Of a DNA stretch of 64,000 nt, positions 1 to 10,471 are shown piece after piece. Origin of the DNA: an uncultured virus (IMG/VR IMGVR_UViG_3300031612_000001) (taxonomy: Duplodnaviria; Heunggongvirae; Uroviricota; Caudoviricetes); IMG/VR virus record IMGVR_UViG_3300031612_000001; one strand, given 5' to 3'. The notes under the pieces were generated by a model. That model made no database searches. It was not told where the DNA came from and saw only the letters and a list, made by a program, of their open reading frames with translations. The translations under genes and the position numbers were made by a program. The first letter of the stretch is position 1. Every line of letters starts with the position of its first letter.

Positions 1-2
1 TT

Positions 3-170
3 GACACTAATATGTGGTCAGTTGCAAAAACCGCCAGTGGACAGAGTATAATTATAACAATAACATTAAATACTACTTGGATTCATCCATTAATAAAAAT
101 AAAATTTGGCTGTGGTGGTGGTGAAGGCGCTCCAGTACTAAGCAGATGTTCACTCGTAATTAATTCATAG
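3..170 (+). CDS. 3' end of an upstream ORF, probably the C-terminus of a tail fibre (partial)
   Basis: Open frame from the window edge (DTNMWSVAK...CSLVINS*) to TAG at 168-170; lies directly before the fibre cluster. Confidence 0.55.
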   Translation, partial: DTNMWSVAKTASGQSIIITITLNTTWIHPLIKIKFGCGGGEGAPVLSRCSLVINS

Positions 171-179
171 GAAAATAAT

Positions 180-362
180 ATGGCAAAGACATCAACAATA
201 GTAGATTTAACAACAGGCCTTTCAGATTCAGAGAAAGCTGCAGCAGGAGCCATTGGTCAAATACTACTAATAAAAACAGAAACAGGTATGAATGATATAC
301 ACGATGTCTATGATACTGTTGCCGCAGCCCAAGCAATTTCAAATAACTGGGATACCGAGTAA
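180..362 (+). CDS. small hypothetical protein (possible fibre-associated or assembly protein)
   Basis: 60 aa ORF with AGGA SD, between fibre genes. Confidence 0.55.
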   Translation: MAKTSTIVDLTTGLSDSEKAAAGAIGQILLIKTETGMNDIHDVYDTVAAAQAISNNWDTE

Positions 363-368
363 TAAGAT

Positions 369-3300
369 ATGGCAAATACTAAAGTAACACAACACGTCAT
401 AGCAAATAATGCAATTACAGCTGATCAATTATCGACAGCTGCGGTTACACATGCCAAGTTGCATGCTACAATGGATTTATCTGGTAAAACAGTTACATTG
501 CCAGCAGTTGCTATACCAAGTGCTTCAACAGGAACAACACAATCAGCATCAGACAATACAACTAAAATAGCTACAACAGCTTATGTTACTACAGCAATTG
601 CTAATTTAAATGATAGTGCGCCAAGTGCGTTAAATACTTTAAATGAATTAGCAGCAGCATTAAACGACGATGCAAGTTTCTCAAGTACAATTACAACAGC
701 ATTAGGAACTAAACTACCACTTGCCGGTGGTACAATGACTGGTAATATATCACATGCTAGTGATTTTACATTAGATGTAGGTGGAGATTTAAATTTAGAT
801 GCCGATGGTGGAGATGTAAACCTGAAAGATGGTGGAACTGCAATAGGCAGATTGGGTCTTGAAAATGGAGACCTAAATATAGCATCAGCACAACAAGATT
901 ATGACATTCGTTTAAAAGGCAATGATGGTGGTTCTGTTATAACGGCATTACACCTTGATATGTCAGAAGCAGGTTTTGCTACATTTAATGATGGTGGTGT
1001 ATTTGGTGGAACAGGTGCTTTAAGAATTCCACAAGGTACAACAGGTCAAAGACCAACAGCGGCAACAGCACAACTAAGATGGAATACATCTGATGGAGCC
1101 TTAGAGGTTTATAACGGATCTCAATGGACAGCAGTTGGAACAGGTTCGTCAAACAAAGTATTAGATACCTTCACAGGTAATGGTAGTAATAGAACATTCG
1201 CTTTAACTGTAACTCCAGCAAATGAAGATGCCATAATGGTATTCATCGATGGTGCTTATCAAGAAAAGGGAGATTATGTATTAACTAATGCTTCATTAGT
1301 ACTTGATACTGCTCCACTCGCAAATGAAAAGATTGCAGTACATACAATCACAGCTTCTGTTCATGATGGAACATCTGCGGTCAATCAACAATTTACTGCT
1401 ACTGCTAATCAGACAGCATTTACATTAAGTCAAGATCCTAAATCAGAAAATAATACTCAAGTATATATTAATGGTGTATACCAACAAAAGACAGATTATA
1501 CTGTGGTTGGTACTACATTAACCTTTGATACTGGTTTAACAGTTGGTGATGTAGTTGAAGTTAATATGTTTACAGTTGCTACTCTTGGTAATACTGATAC
1601 AGTAAGCGAAGGAGCAGGTAATCTTTATCATACAACGGCACGAGCTAGAGCAGCTATAAGCGTAAGCGGAAATGCAATATCGTATAATAGTTCAACTGGC
1701 GTATTAACTGCAAACTTTGAAGAAGGTCCAGCATTTACTGGTGCGGCCACTTTTGCTTCTACAATTACAGCCGCAAGTCAAATAAAAGTTACCGGCTCAA
1801 ACGCAGCCACTGTAGCTTTTTCTGTAGGTGACACTAATACAGGTTGGTATAATACTGGCACTGACTCAATGGGCTACTCTGCAAATGGCACAAATAAATT
1901 AACTATCAATAATTCTGGTGGATTTGATTTTGTAAGTGATATCCGCGTTTCAGGAACTAGCATTATTGGCAAGTCAGACGATACAGATACTTATCTACAA
2001 TTTAATAGTGCTAATCAGCTTAGGGTTGTAACAGGTGGAGCTCAAAGGTTCGCGGTCAATAACAGTGGAATAGCTATTACGGGAACGTTAGATGTTGCTT
2101 CTACTGGACAAAATGTATTTAATTTAGACACCACAAATAGTGATGGACCTTTACAAATATTTAAAAATAATGGAACTGTAAGAGGCTATATTGGTAATGC
2201 CGAAGGCATACTAGGTCAAGGTACTACTAATTTTGGAATAAGAGCTCAAGGTTCTTTATACTTTGCTAGTAACGGTAATAATACTAGAATGACAATAGAC
2301 GGCTCAGGCAACGTGGGTATCGGTACAACAGCAGTTTCAAGTCCAGGTTTATGGTATGACGCAAATCCAGGTTATTTAGCAATATCCCATTGGTCTACAC
2401 CACCAACACCAGCAGCTATGTTGCATTTATCTGATAATTCTAATGATATTGATGTTCCTCAAATAATAATAGAAGGTAGAGAAAATGCAGGTGACACAAA
2501 ATTAAGTGTATCAGTTAAAGACCCCGAAGTTAGATTAAATCTAACTGAAAACAGTGGCGATGCAGCAGCAGGTTTTGGATTAATGTCGTTTAAAACTAAC
2601 GCTGCTTTAAATACTTCTGCGGACTTGAGAGGTGGTTTTAGGTGGCAGATGCCAGCTACTCAGATGACTCTGACTAATACCGGTGATTTATTGTTAGGTT
2701 CGACTACTAACATTAATGTTTTATCTGGAAGTCCCAAAATACAAGTAGGAAAGGGTGACGGCCATTCGTCAATGCAGTTCTATAGTGGAAACAGTAACGT
2801 AGGAGCTCTATACTTCGGTGATGGGACTTCAGGAGCTGGAGCTGTAGGAACTAATGGAAGATATCCTGGTTATTTAGAATATCGACACAGTAACGATGAA
2901 ATGGCATTCAGAGCAGGCGCTACATCTGCACTGTCATTGAACGCGACTCGTTTAAAATCCTACCATAGGATAGAAGTAGGGACGTTCCCTCAAAGCCAAA
3001 CAAATGCTGGCGAAGCATGGATAGGTAGAGCTGCGGATAGACAGGATGGAACATTAACCGTCCAACTTGGCGGCAATGAAGCCGCTGGAACATCTTTTGA
3101 AATTGTAGATAGAGCATGGAGTAAGGTCATATATCACTTCTCTGGTGAAGCACCAGCTGACTCTCTTTGGACAGGTTCTAACGGAAACACTCAGTTCGGT
3201 TATCATGCTTATAATAGTACTAGTGGTATATCGATGATAGGGCCAACAGGCCGAACATTTTGGGATACGAATTATAATAGTACTGGTGCAGAAATTCTTC

Positions 3301-3752
3301 TTGTAAATAATCGTACGGCTAATGGCGCGGTCTCTTTACTACAGTATAGAACAAATAGTACTGTTGAAGGTTCTATATATGGCACTAGTACAGGCTTGGC
3401 AATTTCCAACGTATCAGATTATAGAAAGAAAGAGAATATCAGAGATTTAACAGGTTCATTGAATGTTATAAAGTCTTTACAGCCAAGACTATATGAGTAT
3501 AGAGAAGGTTTCGGAGAAGCGGGAGATCATGTAGGATTTATAGCACATGAAATTCAAGATCATATACCAAAAGCAGTTAGTGGAAATAAAGATGACCTAT
3601 ATACACAAACAGATATAGATGAAGGTGCTACTGAGATTACAATTGGATCACCTAAATATCAAGCAGTAGCATACACTCATAATGAAATTATTACAAGGTT
3701 AGTACAATCGATTCAAGAACTAGAAGCTCGCATAGCTATACTAGAGGGTTAA
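369..3752 (+). CDS. tail fibre protein with C-terminal intramolecular chaperone (peptidase S74-like)
   Basis: Gly/Thr/Ala-rich; APSALNTLNELAAAL module; GNVGIGT repeats; C-terminal SDYRKKENI...GFIAHE...coiled coil typical of S74 chaperone domains. Confidence 0.85.
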   Translation: MANTKVTQHVIANNAITADQLSTAAVTHAKLHATMDLSGKTVTLPAVAIPSASTGTTQSASDNTTKIATTAYVTTAIANLNDSAPSALNTLNELAAALNDDASFSSTITTALGTKLPLAGGTMTGNISHASDFTLDVGGDLNLDADGGDVNLKDGGTAIGRLGLENGDLNIASAQQDYDIRLKGNDGGSVITALHLDMSEAGFATFNDGGVFGGTGALRIPQGTTGQRPTAATAQLRWNTSDGALEVYNGSQWTAVGTGSSNKVLDTFTGNGSNRTFALTVTPANEDAIMVFIDGAYQEKGDYVLTNASLVLDTAPLANEKIAVHTITASVHDGTSAVNQQFTATANQTAFTLSQDPKSENNTQVYINGVYQQKTDYTVVGTTLTFDTGLTVGDVVEVNMFTVATLGNTDTVSEGAGNLYHTTARARAAISVSGNAISYNSSTGVLTANFEEGPAFTGAATFASTITAASQIKVTGSNAATVAFSVGDTNTGWYNTGTDSMGYSANGTNKLTINNSGGFDFVSDIRVSGTSIIGKSDDTDTYLQFNSANQLRVVTGGAQRFAVNNSGIAITGTLDVASTGQNVFNLDTTNSDGPLQIFKNNGTVRGYIGNAEGILGQGTTNFGIRAQGSLYFASNGNNTRMTIDGSGNVGIGTTAVSSPGLWYDANPGYLAISHWSTPPTPAAMLHLSDNSNDIDVPQIIIEGRENAGDTKLSVSVKDPEVRLNLTENSGDAAAGFGLMSFKTNAALNTSADLRGGFRWQMPATQMTLTNTGDLLLGSTTNINVLSGSPKIQVGKGDGHSSMQFYSGNSNVGALYFGDGTSGAGAVGTNGRYPGYLEYRHSNDEMAFRAGATSALSLNATRLKSYHRIEVGTFPQSQTNAGEAWIGRAADRQDGTLTVQLGGNEAAGTSFEIVDRAWSKVIYHFSGEAPADSLWTGSNGNTQFGYHAYNSTSGISMIGPTGRTFWDTNYNSTGAEILLVNNRTANGAVSLLQYRTNSTVEGSIYGTSTGLAISNVSDYRKKENIRDLTGSLNVIKSLQPRLYEYREGFGEAGDHVGFIAHEIQDHIPKAVSGNKDDLYTQTDIDEGATEITIGSPKYQAVAYTHNEIITRLVQSIQELEARIAILEG

Positions 3753-3767
3753 CAGGACAATACAACT

Positions 3768-6008
3768 ATGGCATTAACAAAAGTAAAAGCAGGAAACATT
3801 ATATTAACTACTCCAGGTGCGAGTAGTAATGATGTCACTCCAGCAACAACACAATATGTAACTACTGCACTCGCTAATTTAGCGGACAGTGCACCTAGTA
3901 CATTAAATACTCTCAACGAGTTAGCAGCAGCATTAGGTGATGACGCTAACTATGCAACCACAACGACTAATGCGATCGCAGCTAAGTTAGCAAAAGCTGG
4001 TGGAACAATGACCGGTGCACTTATTGTCGATGCTGGTAATTCTGGTCTTGATATTAGATTAGGAACAGATAAAAGAGTTACATGGTCAGGCGGTATTGGA
4101 GAGATAGGTAGTGTCGCCGGATTCCAAGCTATTAATACAGCGGGATCAGCATTAGCTTCTTTCGGTATGAGAGGTACAGATTTAAGATTTGCTACTGGTT
4201 CTGCAGAACGTATGCGTATTACTGATGCTGGTATAAACGTAACAGGTACAGTTCAAGCAGACAACTTAACCATGCTAGATAGTGAGTACATTCGTCTAGG
4301 CGCCTCTAATGACTTGCAAATATTCCACGATGGTAATCATAGTATGATTCAAGACCTCGTTGGAACGGGTGCATTAAAGATAAAAAGTAATGATACTCGG
4401 TTTGAAGATGCAGATGGTAATAATATTATTAAAGCTACTTCAACTGCCGCAGAATTATATTTCTCTGGTGGAAAAAAGTTATTTACAACTGCAGCTGGAG
4501 TTGAGGCAACAGCAATAACCACTACTGGTGTTGTAAATAATTTTACCACTACTTCGTCTTGGGGCAGAAATTTATTACTTACAAACACTAATAATGATGT
4601 TAGTCCTCCAATAATGACTTTCTTAAAAGCTCCAGCTGGTGGCCATACACAAATGGCTGATAATGATTATGTAGGCTTCATAAACTTTAGAGGAGACAAT
4701 ACTGCTAATCAAGAACATAGTTGGGTAGAAATTGCAGTTAGAGCTACCGATGTATCTGATGGCTCCGAAGATAGTAAACTTACTATTGGCACTTGGGGAG
4801 ATGGAACAGAATACGGAAATACACTAGTTGCATCGAGTGGTAAAGTTGGTATCGGAACAGCAACTCCTCCACACATGCTTAGTATATTTGGAGGAGGCAC
4901 AAGTTCACCGCAAGCAACAAGTGCAGCTAATTCTTATACTCATGCATTATTTAGAGTAAATAATTTTACTAACTCAAGTGTTGGATTAAGTATAGGTTCT
5001 ACAGGAGGTAATACTACTCACATACAAACGAGTTATAATGAAGGAACGACCTCACCTCTAGCATTGAATCCATTTGGCGGTAATGTTCTCATAGGTGCTG
5101 CATCTCCTTACCAGACGGCCAAATTGCAAATTCATGGTGCAGCAAATGCAGGTGGCAGCGCTCAGCTTGTAGGGATTAAAAGTACCGCAACTGCATCATA
5201 CAGTTCAACTAGTTTTCTAGGCGTAGGAAGAGTAATAGATTGTATTACTAATTCAAACGATGCCCAAGATTATGCTGCTATAAGATTTACAAACCCAGGT
5301 GGTAGTAGAGAAACAGCGATTGCTTGTGTGTCAGATCAAGCTACTACTCGAGATGGAACACTTCAAGGGGATGTAGTCATACAAGGTTATGACGGTGATG
5401 CCTATATAGAAACACAAAGATTTAGAGCAAATGGTGCTTCTTCCTCAACAGGTCAAAGAAGGACAGGTACTTATACCTCCTTTGCTCTTATGAATCATAC
5501 ATATACATTCGATCATGCTGGATATTCTGGTGCAGGAACGCCTGCAAACTCAAATGCTCATTGGTTAGAAATACCTTTATATTCAAGTTATTCTAGCTCT
5601 GCAGGTGGTGGTTGGTGTGAAATAGATATATGTTGGCACGCAACACACGCTCAAGCAGCGCATCTACATAGTTATAAAATAGTATGGGGTTCAAATCATG
5701 CTAGAGTCTTAAATGTAGCAGTGGCTTCTAGTAACGCAACTGTGACTCCAACTCCATATGCTTCTTATGCGTTTATCAGTTCATCGCGACTTTACAGACA
5801 TCCAACTGCAGGTGAGGGAAATATGGCGGTAATGTATATAGAAATAAAAGGTTCTACGAATCATTCAGGCGCAAGGAGTATAACTGTAAGAGGAGTTGGA
5901 CACCCAAGTGTTAAAAATATAGCACCTATTATAGACCATGCCGGAGATGCAACGCCAGATGGAATAACTCCAACAGCTATAACAACTGCTATAACAGCAA
6001 CAGGATAA
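3768..6008 (+). CDS. tail fibre / receptor-binding protein
   Basis: Same N-terminal APSTLNTLNELAAAL module; GKVGIGT and ERMRI fibre repeats. Confidence 0.8.
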   Translation: MALTKVKAGNIILTTPGASSNDVTPATTQYVTTALANLADSAPSTLNTLNELAAALGDDANYATTTTNAIAAKLAKAGGTMTGALIVDAGNSGLDIRLGTDKRVTWSGGIGEIGSVAGFQAINTAGSALASFGMRGTDLRFATGSAERMRITDAGINVTGTVQADNLTMLDSEYIRLGASNDLQIFHDGNHSMIQDLVGTGALKIKSNDTRFEDADGNNIIKATSTAAELYFSGGKKLFTTAAGVEATAITTTGVVNNFTTTSSWGRNLLLTNTNNDVSPPIMTFLKAPAGGHTQMADNDYVGFINFRGDNTANQEHSWVEIAVRATDVSDGSEDSKLTIGTWGDGTEYGNTLVASSGKVGIGTATPPHMLSIFGGGTSSPQATSAANSYTHALFRVNNFTNSSVGLSIGSTGGNTTHIQTSYNEGTTSPLALNPFGGNVLIGAASPYQTAKLQIHGAANAGGSAQLVGIKSTATASYSSTSFLGVGRVIDCITNSNDAQDYAAIRFTNPGGSRETAIACVSDQATTRDGTLQGDVVIQGYDGDAYIETQRFRANGASSSTGQRRTGTYTSFALMNHTYTFDHAGYSGAGTPANSNAHWLEIPLYSSYSSSAGGGWCEIDICWHATHAQAAHLHSYKIVWGSNHARVLNVAVASSNATVTPTPYASYAFISSSRLYRHPTAGEGNMAVMYIEIKGSTNHSGARSITVRGVGHPSVKNIAPIIDHAGDATPDGITPTAITTAITATG

Positions 6009-6012
6009 TAAA

Positions 6013-6108
6013 ATGGAAGAAGAATTCGAAGCAATTAAAAATACAGAAGAACCTAAAGATGCTCCAGATAAAGATGGAATAATTTTAGGCGAACATGGCG
6101 AAATTTAG
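6013..6108 (+). CDS. 31 aa acidic hypothetical peptide
   Basis: MEEEFEAIK...GEHGEI*; AGGA upstream; fills the gap between fibre genes; below the ORF-track cutoff. Confidence 0.4.
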   Translation: MEEEFEAIKNTEEPKDAPDKDGIILGEHGEI

Positions 6109-6127
6109 TTTTTCGCAAATAAAAAGA

Positions 6128-6135
6128 TATAAATA
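6128..6135 (+). promoter_or_regulatory. T4-type late promoter (gp55-dependent)
   Basis: TATAAATA upstream of the third fibre gene. Confidence 0.7.
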
Positions 6136-6168
6136 GATATATACAACGATGGAGAGTGAAATCGTAAA

Positions 6169-8250
6169 ATGGCTACAAATAAAAATTTCGAAGTAAAAAA
6201 TGGTTTATCCGTTGCAGGTACAGAACGTATCTCTGCTGCTGGTGTATTTGCTGGTTCGTTAAGTGGTTCGTTAGCAAGCGCTACAACTGCAACAACACAA
6301 TCAGTGGGAGATTCCTCTACCAAAATAGCAACAACAGCTTATACAGATGCTGCAATTACTGCTGTTATAGGCGGAGCGCCTGGTACACTAAATACTCTTA
6401 ATGAATTGGCAGCTGCGATTGGAGATGATGCTTCTTATGCATCAACACTTACCACGGCACTCGCTACGAAACTACCTCTAGCAGGTGGAACGCTGACTGG
6501 AAATGTAACCGCCACTAGAGTATATGTGAACGGCGGTACTGTATATGGATTAGGTGTCCAGCAACTTGCAAGTGCTAGATTTGATACCGTAGATTCAGGT
6601 AATAATTCTGACCCATTAGAGCTTGTTTATTATAGTGGTACTGGAGTTATAATTGGTGCACCAGGTAGTGCTAAATATTTAAGCGTACTTGGTGATATAC
6701 GCATGGGTAGTACATCAGTTATTGACGCTAGTAGAAACCTAACGAACATCGGCCTAATCACATCATCACACTTTAATACGTCTGCAAATGTAAATAGCAG
6801 TGGAGCGGGTGGCGCAGCCATTCCAAGCGGAAAGCGTCTTGGATTTGACCAATCAGGTACTCGTTCTTGGACTCAGTATGCAGCAGGTGGTAACTTATTA
6901 TTTGCGTCAGGCGATGGTGCTGGTGCAGTACAAGCTAATAATTTTACAGGTGTAACTTTAACAGTAAGTGGAAAAATAGAACAAGGTACAGGACAGTCGC
7001 ACTACTTTAGAGGAAATGATGCCAACTGGCGAATGGGTTCCGATATAGTCTCCGATTCAGGTGGTTTAATATCTGGTGCGTCAACACAAATGATTGTAGG
7101 AGGTTCTGGAGACTCATACGGATTCCAAATTTTCGGACATCAAACCAGCACATCACCGTGTTTTGAGGTTATACCTAACTCATCCGTTGCAGCTAGTAAA
7201 ACTAATATTCGTGGCAATTTATATGTGGCTAATACTTTAGTAATAGACTCTAGTAGAAACGTAACAGCTGAAAATTTTACAACAACGGCTGGGGGTGTAT
7301 TCACAACAGCTTCAGGAAACGATTTAAACATTGTATACCCTGATAGCCGTTCACTGTTTATTAAAGAAGGTTCTGCTACTCATTTGCATATTAATAACGT
7401 AGGCGACGTGAGTATTGGTGGTAGTGCTAGTAGTGGCGGTAGCGGAAGTCGTTGGTTAAGTTTAGATGCAAACAGTGGCAATGGTTATACAGGCGGCCTT
7501 TTGTATAAAATTGGTGGAGCAATCAAAGCTTATCACTATGTAGAAAATAACTATATAATGCATCAAACCACGGCCAGCGTTGGCCAAAAGTTTTATGCTG
7601 GAACAACAGTAGCAATGACGCTAGATGCAGGTACAGGTGCTTTAAATGCTAATCAAGCGGTTATTCAAGGTGGTTCGGCAACCCGCGCAGGTATAGCGAA
7701 TCCTCCCGCCGGGTATCTTGGTGCAAATGGTGCTGACTATGGAACAACTGCAATATATAGAACTCCTACTGTTGAAAGTACGTCCTCGAGTACAACGACC
7801 TCTCAGTTTTTAACCATTTACTCTTCAGGTCATTGGGGAGAATATCCAGTATTTAGATTTAAAGTTTACGGCACCTATTATGTTGGTGGATATAGAGAGT
7901 ATCTTGGATTTATGACCAGTACAGCTGCATCACTTGTAGAAGTTCAGACCAATGGTACTACATCATTTTTCGGAGGGGGCGGCAATAATACTATTACTAT
8001 GGGCGCTGCCGTCGGTAGTGGTCTTGCTAGTCATGGCGGCCAAGCTCGTTATAGAAGAGACTTTAGTGTTACTACCTTTGGAAACTATGGTAGATGTCAT
8101 GTTGTTGTTGAAATTATGTTTGGTGGAAACAGATACTTCGGTTCAAATACTACAACTTCTAATCTAGACGCTGATGGAGCAACTGGCGGCTGTTATCACT
8201 TCAAAACAATGTCCGCGGCTCAAGGCCAGGGCACATTCAGTAGCACTTAA
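6169..8250 (+). CDS. tail fibre / receptor-binding protein
   Basis: NKNFEVKNGL start; APGTLNTLNELAAAI module; VIDASRN repeats; Gly-rich. Confidence 0.8.
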   Translation: MATNKNFEVKNGLSVAGTERISAAGVFAGSLSGSLASATTATTQSVGDSSTKIATTAYTDAAITAVIGGAPGTLNTLNELAAAIGDDASYASTLTTALATKLPLAGGTLTGNVTATRVYVNGGTVYGLGVQQLASARFDTVDSGNNSDPLELVYYSGTGVIIGAPGSAKYLSVLGDIRMGSTSVIDASRNLTNIGLITSSHFNTSANVNSSGAGGAAIPSGKRLGFDQSGTRSWTQYAAGGNLLFASGDGAGAVQANNFTGVTLTVSGKIEQGTGQSHYFRGNDANWRMGSDIVSDSGGLISGASTQMIVGGSGDSYGFQIFGHQTSTSPCFEVIPNSSVAASKTNIRGNLYVANTLVIDSSRNVTAENFTTTAGGVFTTASGNDLNIVYPDSRSLFIKEGSATHLHINNVGDVSIGGSASSGGSGSRWLSLDANSGNGYTGGLLYKIGGAIKAYHYVENNYIMHQTTASVGQKFYAGTTVAMTLDAGTGALNANQAVIQGGSATRAGIANPPAGYLGANGADYGTTAIYRTPTVESTSSSTTTSQFLTIYSSGHWGEYPVFRFKVYGTYYVGGYREYLGFMTSTAASLVEVQTNGTTSFFGGGGNNTITMGAAVGSGLASHGGQARYRRDFSVTTFGNYGRCHVVVEIMFGGNRYFGSNTTTSNLDADGATGGCYHFKTMSAAQGQGTFSST

Positions 8251-8261
8251 AGGAGAAAATT

Positions 8262-8501
8262 ATGGAATATGCACATGTACACGTGAAAGATGGAGAAGTT
8301 TATTGTACCTATTACTCCGAAGAAAACACAGATCATACTTCGCAATCGGTTCCCGACGGTTGTGATTTAACTATAATCGAACATTTAGCTACTACTGTGT
8401 TATATGAAATAGTAGGTGGTGATATAACACCAGTAACTCAACAGGACATTATGGATAGAATGAATGATCCTGATAATACCGACGTAGTAGTACCGGGATA
8501 A
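8262..8501 (+). CDS. small hypothetical protein (possible fibre assembly factor)
   Basis: 79 aa ORF with AAGGAG SD immediately after a fibre gene. Confidence 0.55.
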   Translation: MEYAHVHVKDGEVYCTYYSEENTDHTSQSVPDGCDLTIIEHLATTVLYEIVGGDITPVTQQDIMDRMNDPDNTDVVVPG

Positions 8502-8535
8502 ACAATGATAACGCTTAGACTGAAACATTAAAAGG

Positions 8536-8543
8536 TATAAATA
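8536..8543 (+). promoter_or_regulatory. T4-type late promoter
   Basis: TATAAATA ending 6 nt before the A of the gp13 ATG. Confidence 0.75.
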
Positions 8544-8548
8544 GTAGT

Positions 8549-9520
8549 ATGGCTAAACCAAATAGTAGATCAACATTAATTCAGTATTGCAAAAGAGCTC
8601 TAGGCCATCCTGTAATTGAAATTAATATCGATGACGATCAATTAGATGATAGAGTCGATGAGGCATTACAGTTTTATCAAGAGTATCATGCTGATGCAAT
8701 CGAAAGAGTTTATTTAAAACATAAAGTTACTGGTAGTACATTACAGTTAACAGGATCGGTCGCTAGTAATTTCACAATAGGTGAGACAATTACTGGTGCA
8801 ACTTCTGGTGCAACTGCATTAGTTCATAAAAACACTGCCACTAATAAGATTATATACACTGCTCTTACTCACTTAGATAGAATACCTTTTGCTGCATCTG
8901 AAACATTAACGGGTTCTGCTTCAGGAGCCAGTGCGACTATTCAAACTATTACTAAAGGCGATATTGAAAACAAATTTGTACCAGTTAGTGATTTAGTAAC
9001 TAATGTTGTTAGAATAATGCCAATCAATGATGTCAATATGTCACATAATATGTTTGATGTTAAATACCAAATGCATTTGAATGACATGTATTCATTGGGA
9101 TTCATGGGTAGCTTATTAGATTACACAATGAAAATGCAATGGTTATCTATGCTAGATATGTTAATCGATTCAGATGAAAAACATATTAGCTTCGACAGAC
9201 ATAAGAATCAATTACGAGTTGATATGAAATGGGAACTAGATGTTTCTGTTGATTCATATATTGCAATTGAATGTTATAGAGTAATCGACCCAGCAACATA
9301 TACTGATGTATATAACGATTACTTCTTAAAAAGATATGCAACAGCACTAATTAAATACCAATGGGGAACCAACCTAATTAAATTTGAAGGAATGGTTATG
9401 CCTGGCGGAGTAACTTTTAACGGTCGACAAATATTCGACGATGCCAAAGAAGAAATAATAAAATTAGAAGAAGAGGCGCGTTTAAATTGGGAAGAACCTG
9501 TCGATTTCTACATAGGATAA
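8549..9520 (+). CDS. gp13: neck protein gp13
   Basis: LGHPVIEINIDDDQLDDRVDEALQ and QWGTNLIKF...PGGVTFNG motifs; T4 synteny. Confidence 0.92.
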   Translation: MAKPNSRSTLIQYCKRALGHPVIEINIDDDQLDDRVDEALQFYQEYHADAIERVYLKHKVTGSTLQLTGSVASNFTIGETITGATSGATALVHKNTATNKIIYTALTHLDRIPFAASETLTGSASGASATIQTITKGDIENKFVPVSDLVTNVVRIMPINDVNMSHNMFDVKYQMHLNDMYSLGFMGSLLDYTMKMQWLSMLDMLIDSDEKHISFDRHKNQLRVDMKWELDVSVDSYIAIECYRVIDPATYTDVYNDYFLKRYATALIKYQWGTNLIKFEGMVMPGGVTFNGRQIFDDAKEEIIKLEEEARLNWEEPVDFYIG

Positions 9521-9523
9521 AGT

Positions 9524-10471
9524 ATGCCTAGGAACGTATATTTTTCTCAGGCGGTAAGATCTGAACAGAACCTTTATGAAGATTTAATTATCGAGTCATT
9601 AAAGATTTTTGGTCAAGATATATATTATTTACCAAGAGAAACATTAAGCAAAGATGTAATTTTAGGAGAAGATAGAGCTTCTAAGTTTGACGATGCGTAT
9701 ATGATTGAAGCGTATATCGAAGGTAGTGATGGTTTCGAAGGTCAAGGGGATTTATATTCTAAGTTTGGTTTAGAAATCAGAGATGAAGTTAACTTTGTAG
9801 TATCTCGTAAAATATGGGATAGGTATGTAGGCCTACAGGATGAGATTAATGATTCACCTAGACCAAGAGAAGGTGACTTAATATTCCTACCACTATCTAA
9901 TAAATTCTTTGAAGTCATGTTTGTAGAGCATGAACAACCATTCTATCAGTTATCGAATCTTCCAGTTTATAGATTACAATGTTCTCTATATGAATATAAT
10001 GATGAAGACTTTGATACAGGTGTTGTTGGTATAGATGCAGTCGAAGAAACTCAATCGTACCAAGTCACATTGGATTATACCACAACATCAAGTAATCAAT
10101 TCACTCAAGGCGAGCAAGTTAAACAAATACTTACAGTTGATGGTGATGGCAATGAATTAACCTCAGTATTTGCCACGGTTCAGAAAGTAGTCAATGTATC
10201 AGCCACGGCTGGACAAATACAGGTATCTCAAATTGGAGTAAATGGAGTAGCAGAAGCTAGAGATTTCCTAGTGTCATCTACGTTGCCATTAAAAGGGCAA
10301 ACCTCTACTCTATCATGTAATATATCAAAGGTTTACGATATAGGAGATAATAGTATATTAGTAGACCCAACAGATTCAGGAGGAGAGAATGTCGCATTCG
10401 AACTTGAAGGTGATTCATTCTTAGACTTTACTGAAAATAACCCTTTTGGAGATCCTTCGGATAATTTCTAA
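9524..10471 (+). CDS. gp14: neck protein gp14
   Basis: EQNLYEDLIIESLKIFGQDIYYLPR, SKFGLEIRDE, PREGDLIF and DFTENNPFG motifs. Confidence 0.92.
   Translation: MPRNVYFSQAVRSEQNLYEDLIIESLKIFGQDIYYLPRETLSKDVILGEDRASKFDDAYMIEAYIEGSDGFEGQGDLYSKFGLEIRDEVNFVVSRKIWDRYVGLQDEINDSPRPREGDLIFLPLSNKFFEVMFVEHEQPFYQLSNLPVYRLQCSLYEYNDEDFDTGVVGIDAVEETQSYQVTLDYTTTSSNQFTQGEQVKQILTVDGDGNELTSVFATVQKVVNVSATAGQIQVSQIGVNGVAEARDFLVSSTLPLKGQTSTLSCNISKVYDIGDNSILVDPTDSGGENVAFELEGDSFLDFTENNPFGDPSDNF

Noticed and set aside
369..8250. Diversity-generating retroelement or invertase system acting on the fibres
   Set aside because: No reverse transcriptase, recombinase, or adenine-specific TR/VR repeat pair is visible in this window
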